Notes under the pieces: model-generated
The model's database searches: none
What the model saw: the letters and a program-made list of their open reading frames with translations, nothing else
Told to the model about the DNA's origin: nothing
Assembly: GCF_009914755.1 (NCBI RefSeq)
Contig: NC_060929.1
DNA from: the human T2T-CHM13v2.0 reference genome, Homo sapiens
Strand: one strand, 5' to 3'
Length of the DNA stretch: 64,000 bases
Shown here: positions 53,301-64,000 of the stretch, piece by piece
How positions within the stretch are numbered: the stretch's first letter is position 1
Layout of the letters: each line of letters opens with the position of its first letter
Program-made: the position numbers and the translations under genes

Positions 53301-56300
53301 GATATTGGGAACTCTTTGAGGCCTTCATTGGGAATGGGGTTTCTTCATATAATGCTAGACAGAAGATTTCCCAGTAACTTCTTCCTGTTGTGTGTATTCA
53401 ACTGACAACAGATGAACCTTCCTTTAGAGAGAGCAGATTTGAAACACTCTTTTTGTGGAAGTTGCAAGTGGAGATTTCAGCCGCTTTAACGTCAATGGTA
53501 GAAAAGGAAATATCTTCGCATAAAAACAAGACAGAATCATTTTCAGAAACTGCTTTGTGATGTGTGCATTCAACTCACAGAGTTTAACCTTTGTTTTCAT
53601 AGAGCCGTTTGGAAACACACAGTTTGTCAAATCTGTAAGTCGATATTCGGAACTATTTGAGGCCTTCGTTGGAAACGGGATTTCTTCATATAATGCTAGA
53701 AAGAAGAATTCTCAGTAACTTCCTTGTGTTGTGTGTAATCAACTCACAGAATAGAACGTTCCTTTAGATAGAGCAGATTTGAAACACTCTTTTTGTGGAA
53801 GTTGCACGTGGAGATTTCAAGCGCTTTGTGGCCAGTGGTAGAAAATGAAATATCTTCGTATAAAAAGTACACAGAATCATTCTCAGAAACTACTTTCTGA
53901 TGTGTGCGTTCAACTCTCGGAGTTTAAACTTTCTTTTCATAGAGCAGTTTGGAAACAGTGTGTTTGTAAAGTCTGCAAGTGGATATTCGGACCTCTTTGG
54001 CGCCTTAATTTGAAACGGGGTTTCTCCATATAATGCTAGACAGAAGAATTCTCAGTAACTTGTTTGTGTTGTGTGTGTTCAACTCACAGAGTTGAACCTT
54101 CCTTTAGAGAGAGCAGATTTGAAACACTCTTTTTGTGGAATTTGCAAGTGGAGATTTCAAGCGCTTTGAGGCCAAAGGCAGAAAAGGAAATATCTTCGTA
54201 TAAAAACTAGATAGATCATTCTCAGAAACTGCTTTGTGATGTGTGCGTTCAACTCACAGAGTTTCACTTATCTTTTCGTACAGCAGTTTGGAAACACTCT
54301 GTTTGTAATGTCTGCAAGTGGATATTTTGACCTCTTTGAGGTCTTCGTTGGAAACGGGTTTTATTCATGTAAGGCTAGACAGAAGAATTCTCAGTAACTT
54401 CTTTGTATTGTGTGTATTCCACTGACAGAGTTGACCCTTCCTTTAGACAGAGCACATTTGAACCACTCTTTTTGTGGAATTTGCAAGTGGAGATTTCAGA
54501 CGCATTGAGGTCAATGGTAGAAAAGGAAATATCTTCGTATAAAAACTACACAGAATGATTCTCAGAACCTGCTTCGTGATGTGTGTGTTCAGTTCAAAGA
54601 GTTTTACCTTTCTTTTCATAGAGCAGTTAGGAAACACTCTGTTTGAACAGTCTGAAAGTGGATATTCCGATCTCTTTGAGGCCTTTGTTGGAAAAGGGAT
54701 TTCTTCATATAATGCTAGACAGAGGAATTCTCAGTAACTTCTCTGTGTTGTGTGTATTCAAATCACAGAGTTGAACGTTCCTTTAGACAGAGCAGACTTG
54801 AAACACTCTTTTTGTGGAATTTGCAATAGGAAATTTCAAGCACTTTGAGGCCAAAGGCAGAAGAGGAAATATCTTCGTATAAAAGCAAGTCAGAATCATT
54901 CTCAGAAACTGCTTAATCATGTGTGAGTTCGACTCACGGAGTTTAACCTACCTTTTCATACAGCAGTTTGGAAACACTCTGTTTGTAAAGTCTGCACGTG
55001 GATATTTGGACATCTTTGAGGCCTTCGTTGGAAACGGGTTTTATTCATGTAAGGCTAGACAGAAGATTTCTCAGTAACTTCTTTGTGTTGTGTGTATTCA
55101 ACTGACAGAGTTGACCCTTCTTTTAGGTAGAGCAGATTTGAGACACTCTTTTTGTGGAATTTGCAAGTGGAGATTTCAGACGCTTTGAGGTCAATGGTAG
55201 AAAAGGACATTTCTTCGTATAAAAACTTGACAGAATGATTCTCAGAAACTGCTTTGTGATGTATGCGTTCAATTCAAAGAGTTCTACCTTTCTTTTCATA
55301 GAGCACTTAGGAAACACTCTGTTTGTAAAGACTGCAAGTGGATATTCGGACCTCTATGAGGCCTTCTTTGGAAAAGGGATTTCTTCATATAATGCTAGAC
55401 AGAGGAATTCTTCGTAACTTCTTTGTATTGTGTGTATTCAACTCACAGAGTTGAACCTTCTTTTAGATAGAGCAGATTTGAAACACACTTTCTGTGGAAT
55501 TTCCAATTGGAGATTTCAAGCGCTTCGGGGCCAATGGTAGAAAAGGAAAAATCTTCACATAAAAACTAGACAAACTCATTCCCAGAAACTGTGTAGTGAT
55601 GTGTATGTTTAACTCACAGAGTTTATCCTTTCTTTTCATAGAGCAGTTGGGAAACACTCTGTTTGAAAAGTCTGCATGTGGATATTTGGACCGCCATGAG
55701 GCGTTCTTTGGAAATGGTATTTCTTCATTTAAGGCTACACAGAAGAATTCTCAGTAACTTCCTTGTGTTGTGTGTATTCAGCTCACAGAGTTGAACCTTC
55801 TTTTAGATAGAGCAGATTTGAAAGACACTTTTTGGGGAATTTGCAAGTGGGGATTTCAAGCGCTTTGAGGCCAACGGTAGAAAAGGAAATATCTTCGAAT
55901 AAAAAGTAGACAGAATCATTCCCAGAAACTGCGTTTTGATATGTGCGTTCACCTAACAGAGTTTAACCTTCCTTTTCATAGAGCAGTTGGGAAACGCTAT
56001 GTTTGTAAAGTCTGCAAGTGGATATTGGGAACTCTTTGAGGCCTTCATTGGGAATGGGGTTTCTTCATATAATGCTAGACAGAAGATTTCCCAGTAACTT
56101 CTTCCTGTTGTGTGTATTCAACTGACAACAGATGAACCTTCCTTTAGAGAGAGCAGATTTGAAACACTCTTTTTGTGGAAGTTGCAAGTGGAGATTTCAG
56201 CCGCTTTAACGTCAATGGTAGAAAAGGAAATATCTTCGCATAAAAACAAGACAGAATCATTTTCAGAAACTGCTTTGTGATGTGTGCATTCAACTCACAG

Positions 56301-59300
56301 AGTTTAACCTTTGTTTTCATAGAGCCGTTTGGAAACACACAGTTTGTCAAATCTGTAAGTCGATATTCGGACCTATTTGAGGCCTTCGTTGGAAACGGGA
56401 TTTCTTCATATAATGCTAGAAAGAAGAATTCTCAGTAACTTCCTTGTGTTGTGTGTAATCAACTCACAGAATAGAACGTTCCTTTAGATAGAGCAGATTT
56501 GAAACACTCTTTTTGTGGAAGTTGCACGTGGAGATTTCAAGCGCTTTGTGGCCAGTGGTAGAAAATGAAATATCTTCGTATAAAAAGTACACAGAATCAT
56601 TCTCAGAAACTACTTTCTGATGTGTGCGTTCAACTCTCGGAGTTTAAACTTTCTTTTCATAGAGCAGTTTGGAAACAGTGTGTTTGTAAAGTCTGCAAGT
56701 GGATATTCGGACCTCTTTGGCGCCTTATTTTGAAACGGGGTTTCTCCATATAATGCTACACAGAAGAATTCTCAGTAACTTGTTTGTGTTGTGTGTGTTC
56801 AACTCACAGAGTTGAACCTTCCTTTAGACAGAGCAGATTTGAAACACTCTTTTTGTGGAATTTGCAAGTGGAGATTTCAAGCGCTTTGAGGCCAAAGGCA
56901 GAAAAGGAAATATCTTCGTATAAAAACTAGATAGATCATTCTCAGATACTGCTTTGTGATGTGTGCGTTCAACTCACAGAGTTACACTTATCTTTTCGTA
57001 CAGCAGTTTGGAAACACTCTGTTTGTAATGTCTGCAAGTGGATATTTTGACCTCTTTGAGGTCTTCGTTGGAAACGGGTTTTATTCATGTAAGGCTAGAC
57101 AGAAGAATTCTCAGTAACTTCTTTGTATTGTGTGTATTCCACTGACAGAGTTGACCCTTCCTTTAGACAGAGCACATTTGAACCACTCTTTTTGTGGAAT
57201 TTGCAAGTGGAGATTTCAGACGCATTGAGGTCAATGGTAGAAAAGGAAATATCTTCGTATAAAAACTAGACAGAATGATTCTCAGAACCTGCTTCGTGAT
57301 GTGTGTGTTCAGTTCAAAGAGTTTTACCTTTCTTTTCATAGAGCAGTTAGGAAACACTCTGTTTGAACAGTCTGAAAGTGGATATTCCGATCTCTTTGAG
57401 GCCTTCGTTGGAAAAGGGATTTCTTCATATAATGCTAGACAGACGAATTCTCAGTAACTTCTCTGTGTTGTGTGTATTCAAATCACAGAGTTGAACGTTC
57501 CTTTAGACAGAGCAGACTTGAAACACTCTTTTTGTGGAATTTGCAATAGCAAATTTCAAGCGCTTTGAGGCCAAAGGCAGAAGAGGAAATATCTTCGTAT
57601 AAAAACAAGTCAGAATCATTCTCAGAAACTGCTTAATCATGTGTGCGTTCGACTCACGGAGTTTAACCTACCTTTTCATACAGCAGTTTGGAAACACTCT
57701 GTTTGTAAAGTCTGCACGTGGATATTTGGACATCTTTGAGGCCTTCGTTGGAAACGGGTTTTATTCATGTAAGGCTAGACAGTAGATTTCTCAGTAACTT
57801 CTTTGTGTTGTGTGTATTCAACTGACAGAGTTGACCCTTCTTTTAGGTAGAGCAGATTTGAGACACTCTTTTTGTGGAATTTGCAAGTGGAGATTTCAGA
57901 CGCTTTGAGGTCAATGGTAGAAAAGGACATTTCTTCGTATAAAAACTTGACAGAATGATTCTCAGAAACTGCTTTGTGATGTATGCGTTCAATTCAAAGA
58001 GTTCTACCTTTCTTTTCATAGAGCACTTAGGAAACACTCTGTTTGTAAAGACTGCAAGTGGATATTCGGACCTCTATGAGGCCTTCTTTGGAAAAGGGAT
58101 TTCTTCATATAATGCTAGACAGAGGAATTCTTCGTAACTTCTTTGTATTGTGTGTATTCAACTCACAGAGTTGAACCTTCTTTTAGATAGAGCAGATTTG
58201 AAACACACTTTCTGTGGAATTTCCAATTGGAGATTTCAAGCGCTTCAGGGCCAATGGTAGAAAAGGAAAAATCTTCACATAAAAACTAGACAAAATCATT
58301 CCCAGAAACTGTGTAGTGATGTGTATGTTTAACTCACAGAGTTTATCCTTTCTTTTCATAGAGCAGTTGGGAAACACTCTGTTTGAAAAGTCTGCATGTG
58401 GATATTTGGACCGCCATGAGGCGTTCTTTGGAAATGGTATTTCTTCATTTAAGGCTACACAGAAGAATTCTCAGTAACTTCCTTGTGTTGTGTGTATTCA
58501 GCTCACAGAGTTGAACCTTCTTTTAGATAGAGCAGATTTGAAAGACACTTTTTGGGGAATTTGCAAGTGGGGATTTCAAGCGCTTTGAGGCCAACGGTAG
58601 AAAAGGAAATATCTTCGAATAAAAAGTAGACAGAATCATTCCCAGAAACTGCGTTTTGATGTGTGCGTTCACCTAACAGAGTTTAACCTTCCTTTTCATA
58701 GAGCAGTTGGGAAACGCTATGTTTGTAAAGTCTGCAAGTGGATATTGGGAACTCTTTGAGGCCTTCATTGGGAATGGGGTTTCTTCATATAATGCTAGAC
58801 AGAAGATTTCCCAGTAACTTCTTCCTGTTGTGTGTATTCAACTGACAACAGATGAACCTTCCTTTAGAGAGAGCAGATTTGAAACACTCTTTTTGTGGAA
58901 GTTGCAAGTGGAGATTTCAGCCGCTTTAACGTCAATGGTAGAAAAGGAAATATCTTCGCATAAAAGCAAGACAGAATCATTTTCAGAAACTGCTTTGTGA
59001 TGTGTGCATTCAACTCACAGAGTTTTACCTTTGTTTTCCTAGAGCCGTTTGGAAACACACAGTTTGTCAAATCTGTAAGTCGATATTCGGACCTATTTGA
59101 GGCCTTCGTTGGAAACGGGATTTCTTCATATAATGCTAGAAAGAAGAATTCTCAGTAACTTCCTTGTGTTGTGTGTAATCAACACACAGAATAGAACGTT
59201 CCTTTAGATAGAGCAGATTTGAAACACTCTTTTTGTGGAAGTTGCACGTGGAGATTTCAAGCGCTTTGTGACCAGTGGTAGAAAATGAAATATCTTCGTA

Positions 59301-62300
59301 TAAAAAGTACACAGAATCATTCTCAGAAACTACTTTCTGATGTGTGCGTTCAACTCTCGGAGTTTAAACTTTCTTTTCATAGAGCAGTTTGGAAACAGTG
59401 TGTTTGTAAAGTCTGCAAGTGGATATTCGGACCTCTTTGGCGCCTTATTTTGAAACGGGGTTTCTCCATATAATGCTAGACAGAAGACTTCTCAGTAACT
59501 TGTTTGTGTTGTGTGTGTTCAACTCACAGAGTTGAACCTTCCTTTAGACAGAGCAGATTTGAAACACTCTTTTTGTGGAATTTGCAAGTGGAGATTTCAA
59601 GCGCTTTGAGGCCAAAGGCAGAAAAGGAAATATCTTCGTATAAAAACTAGATAGATCATTCTCAGAAACTGCTTTGTGATGTGTGCGTTCAACTCACAGA
59701 GTTTCACTTATCTTTTCGTACAGCAGCTTGGAAACACTCTGTTTGTAATGTCTGCAAGTGGATATTTTGACCTCTTTTAGGTCTTCGTTGGAAACGGGTT
59801 TTATTCATGTAAGGCTAGACAGAAGAATTCTCAGTAACTTCTTTGTATTGTGTGTATTCCACTGACAGAGTTGACCCTTCCTTTAGACAGAGCACATTTG
59901 AACCACTCTTTTTGTGGAATTTGCAAGTGGAGATTTCAGACGCATTGAGGTCAATGGTAGAAAAGGAAATATCTTCGTATAAAAACTAGACAGAATGATT
60001 CTCAGAACCTGCTTCGTGATGTGTGTGTTCAGTTCAAAGAGTTTTACCTTTCTTTTCATAGAGCAGTTAGGAAACACTCTGTTTGAACAGTCTGAAAGTG
60101 GATATTCCGATCTCTTTGAGGCCTTTGTTGGAAAAGGGATTTCTTCATATAATGCTAGACAGAGGAATTCTCAGTAACTTCTCTGTGTTGTGTGTATTCA
60201 AATCACAGAGTTGAACGTTCCTTTAGACAGAGCAGACTTGAAACACTCTTTTTGTGGAATTTGCAATAGGAAATTTCAAGCGCTTTGAGGCCAAAGGCAG
60301 AAGAGGAAATATCTTCGTATAAAAACAAGTCAGAATCATTCTCAGAAACTGCTTAATCATGTGTGCGTTCGACTCACGGAGTTTAACCTACCTTTTCATA
60401 CAGCAGTTTGGAAACACTCTGTTTGTAAAGTCTGCACGTGGATATTTGGACATCTTTGAGGCCTTCGTTGGAAACGGGTTTTATTCATGTAAGGCTAGAC
60501 AGAAGATTTCTCAGTAACTTCTTTGTGTTGTGTGTATTCAACTGACAGAGTTGACCCTTCTTTTAGGTAGAGCAGATTTGAGACACTCTTTTTGTGGAAT
60601 TTGCAAGTGGAGATTTCAGACGCTTTGAGGTCAATGGTAGAAAAGGACATTTCTTCGTATAAAAACTTGACAGAATGATTCTCAGAAACTGCTTTGTGAT
60701 GTATGCGTTCAATTCAAATAGTTCTACCTTTCTTTTCATAGAGCACTTAGGAAACACTCTGTTTGTAAAGACTGCAAGTGGATATTCGGACCTCTATGAG
60801 GCCTTCTTTGGAAAAGGGATTTCTTCATATAATGCTAGACAGAGGAATTCTTCGTAACTTCTTTGTATTGTGTGTATTCAACTCACAGAGTTGAACCTTC
60901 TTTTAGATAGAGCAGATTTGAAACACACTTTCTGTGGAATTTCCAATTGGAGATTTCAAGTGCTTCGGGGCCAATGGTAGAAAAGGTAAAATCTTCACAT
61001 AAAAACTAGACAAACTCATTCCCAGAAACTGTGTAGTGATGTGTATGTTTAACTCACAGAGTTTATCCTTTCTTTTCATAGAGCAGTTGGGAAACACTCT
61101 GTTTGAAAAGTCTGCATGTGGATATTTGGACCGCCATGAGGCGTTCTTTGGAAATGGTATTTCTTCATTTAAGGCTACACAGAAGAATTCTCAGTAACTT
61201 CCTTGTGTTGTGTGTATTCAGCTCACAGAGTTGAACCTTCTTTTAGATAGAGCAGATTTGAAAGACACTTTTTGGGGAATTTGCAAGTGGGGATTTCAAG
61301 CGCTTTGAGGCCAACGGTAGAAAAGGAAATATCTTCGAATAAAAAGTAGACAGAATCATTCCCAGAAACTGCGTTTTGATGTGTGCGTTCACCTAACAGA
61401 GTTTAACCTTCCTTTTCATAGAGCAGTTGGGAAACGCTATGTTTGTAAAGTCTGCAAGTGGATATTGGGAACTCTTTGAGGCCTTCATTGGGAATGGGGT
61501 TTCTTCATATAATGCTAGACAGAAGATTTCCCAGTAACTTCTTCCTGTTGTGTGTATTCAACTGACAACAGATGAACCTTCCTTTAGAGAGAGCAGATTT
61601 GAAACACTCTTTTTGTGGAATTTGCAAGTGGAGATTTCAGCCGCTTTAACGTCAATGGTAGAAAAGGAAATATCTTCGCATAAAAGCAAGACAGAATCAT
61701 TTTCAGAAACTGCTTTGTGATGTGTGCATTCAACTCACAGAGTTTAACCTTTGTTTTCCTAGAGCCGTTTGGAAACACACAGTTTGTCAAATCTGTAAGT
61801 CGATATTCGGACCTATTTGAGGCCTTCGTTGGAAACGGGATTTCTTCATATAATGCTAGAAAGAAGAATTCTCAGTAACTTCCTTGTGTTGTGTGTAATC
61901 AACTCACAGAATAGAACGTTCCTTTAGATAGAGCAGATTTGAAACACTCTTTTTGTGGAAGTTGCACGTGGAGATTTCAAGCGCTTTGTGACCAGTGGTA
62001 GAAAATGAAATATCTTCGTATAAAAAGTACACAGAATCATTCTCAGAAACTACTTTCTGATGTGTGCGTTCAACTCTCGGAGTTTAAACTTTCTTTTCAT
62101 AGAGCAGTTTGGAAACAGTGTGTTTGTAAAGTCTGCAAGTGGATATTCGGACCTCTTTGGCGCCTTATTTTGAAACGGGGTTTCTCCATATAATGCTAGA
62201 CAGAAGAATTCTCAGTAACTTGTTTGTGTTGTGTGTGTTCAACTCACAGAGTTGAACCTTCCTTTAGACAGAGCAGATTTGAAACACTCTTTTTGTGGAA

Positions 62301-64000
62301 TTTGCAAGTGGAGATTTCAAGCGCTTTGAGGCCAAAGGCAGAAAAGGAAATATCTTCGTATAAAAACTAGATAGATCATTCTCAGAAACTGCTTTGTGAT
62401 GTGTGCGTTCAACTCACAGAGTTTCACTTATCTTTTCGTACAGCAGCTTGGAAACACTCTGTTTGTAATGTCTGCAAGTGGATATTTTGACCTCTTTTAG
62501 GTCTTCGTTGGAAACGGGTTTTATTCATGTAAGGCTAGACAGAAGAATTCTCAGTAACTTCTTTGTATTGTGTGTATTCCACTGACAGAGTTGACCCTTC
62601 CTTTAGACAGAGCACATTTGAACCACTCTTTTTGTGGAATTTGCAAGTGGAGATTTCAGACGCATTGAGGTCAATGGTAGAAAAGGAAATATCTTCGTAT
62701 AAAAACTAGACAGAATGATTCTCAGAACCTGCTTCGTGATGTGTGTGTTCAGTTCAAAGAGTTTTACCTTTCTTTTCATAGAGCAGTTAGGAAACACTCT
62801 GTTTGAACAGTCTGAAAGTGGATATTCCGATCTCTTTGAGGCCTTCGTTGGAAAAGGGATTTCTTCATATAATGCTAGACAGAGGAATGCTCAGTAACTT
62901 CTCTGTGTTGTGTGTATTCAAATCACAGAGTTGAACGTTCCTTTAGACAGAGCAGACTTGAAACACTCTTTTTGTGGAATTTGCAATAGCAAATTTCCAG
63001 CGCTTTGAGGCCAAAGGCAGAAGAGGAAATATCTTCGTATAAAAACAAGTCAGAATCATTCTCAGAAACTGCTTAATCATGTGTGCGTTCGACTCACGGA
63101 GTTTAACCTACCTTTTCATACAGCAGTTTGGAAACACTCTGTTTGTAAAGTCTGCACGTGGATATTTGGACATCTTTGAGGCCTTCGTTGGAAACGGGTT
63201 TTATTCATGTAAGGCTAGACAGTAGATTTCTCAGTAACTTCTTTGTGTTGTGTGTATTCAACTGACAGAGTTGACCCTTCTTTTAGGTAGAGCAGATTTG
63301 AGACACTCTTTTTGTGGAATTTGCAAGTGGAGATTTCAGACGCTTTGAGGTCAATGGTAGAAAAGGACATTTCTTCGTATAAAAACTTGACAGAATGATT
63401 CTCAGAAACTGCTTTGTGATGTATGCGTTCAATTCAAAGAGTTCTACCTTTCTTTTCATAGAGCACTTAGGAAACACTCTGTTTGTAAAGACTGCAAGTG
63501 GATATTCGGACCTCTATGAGGCCTTCTTTGGAAAAGGGATTTCTTCATATAATGCTAGACAGAGGAATTCTTCGTAACTTCTTTGTATTGTGTGTATTCA
63601 ACTCACAGAGTTGAACCTTCTTTTAGATAGAGCAGATTTGAAACACACTTTCTGTGGAATTTCCAATTGGAGATTTCAAGCGCTTCAGGGCCAATGGTAG
63701 AAAAGGAAAAATCTTCACATAAAAACTAGACAAAATCATTCCCAGAAACTGTGTAGTGATGTGTATGTTTAACTCACAGAGTTTATCCTTTCTTTTCATA
63801 GAGCAGTTGGGAAACACTCTGTTTGAAAAGTCTGCATGTGGATATTTGGACCGCCATGAGGCGTTCTTTGGAAATGGTATTTCTTCATTTAAGGCTACAC
63901 AGAAGAATTCTCAGTAACTTCCTCGTGTTGTGTGTATTCAGCTCACAGAGTTGAACCTACTTTTAGATAGAGCAGATTTGAAAGACACTTTTTGGGGAAT

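Larger units (their letters stand above)
1..64000 (+). repeat. Alpha-satellite higher-order repeat array (SF1-type dimeric, about 171 bp monomers, 2720 bp 16-mer HOR)
   Basis: Hallmark alphoid motifs (ATTCTCAGAAACT, AGAGCAGATTTGAAACACTCTTTTTGTGGAATTTGCAAGTGG, CTTCGTTGGAAACGGG) recur with 170/340 bp periodicity. Near-identical sequence and ORF-track entries recur at lag 2720 (e.g. 1404, 4124, 6844). The GAATTCTCAGTAACTT...GTGTTGTGTGTATTC monomer matches my recollection of the SF1 EcoRI 340 bp dimer family. Confidence 0.98.

Noticed and set aside
44-63817. Numerous 60-88 aa ORFs on both strands
   Set aside because: They are translations of alpha-satellite monomers that recur with HOR periodicity, appear or vanish with single SNPs and show no recognisable domain. 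There is no support for coding function.
1-64000. CRISPR-like repeat/spacer array or other novel prokaryotic system
   Set aside because: There are no unique spacers; the sequence between conserved motifs is itself repeated and homologous. No cas-like or other long ORFs are present.
1-64000. Transposon insertion (L1/Alu), inversion or non-satellite island
   Set aside because: Unit spacing is exactly 2720, 2719 or 2380 throughout, leaving no room for insertions. Orientation is constant and there are no poly-A tails or target-site duplications.

Overview
The whole 64 kb window is primate centromeric alpha-satellite DNA in one orientation, with no genes, transposon insertions or inversions visible. 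It consists of alternating A-box and B-box monomers (about 340 bp dimers, SF1/J1-J2 type) organised into a 16-monomer higher-order repeat (HOR) of 2720 bp. There are 24 complete HOR copies (U1-U24) plus 81 bp of a 25th: 20 are 16-mers (one has a 1 bp deletion) and 4 are 2380 bp 14-mer deletion variants. Only 3 of the 8 B-box positions per HOR are intact CENP-B boxes. All listed ORFs are artefacts of the repeat. I found no evidence of a new protein-coding system. The interest lies in array evolution: an approximately 32 kb super-repeat, recent 5.4 kb and 2.4 kb tandem duplications, two 14-mer lineages with substitutions clustered at the junction, a 26 bp conversion-like patch with no exact donor in the HOR, and one unusually mutated copy. 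All comparisons were made by eye and need confirming by alignment.
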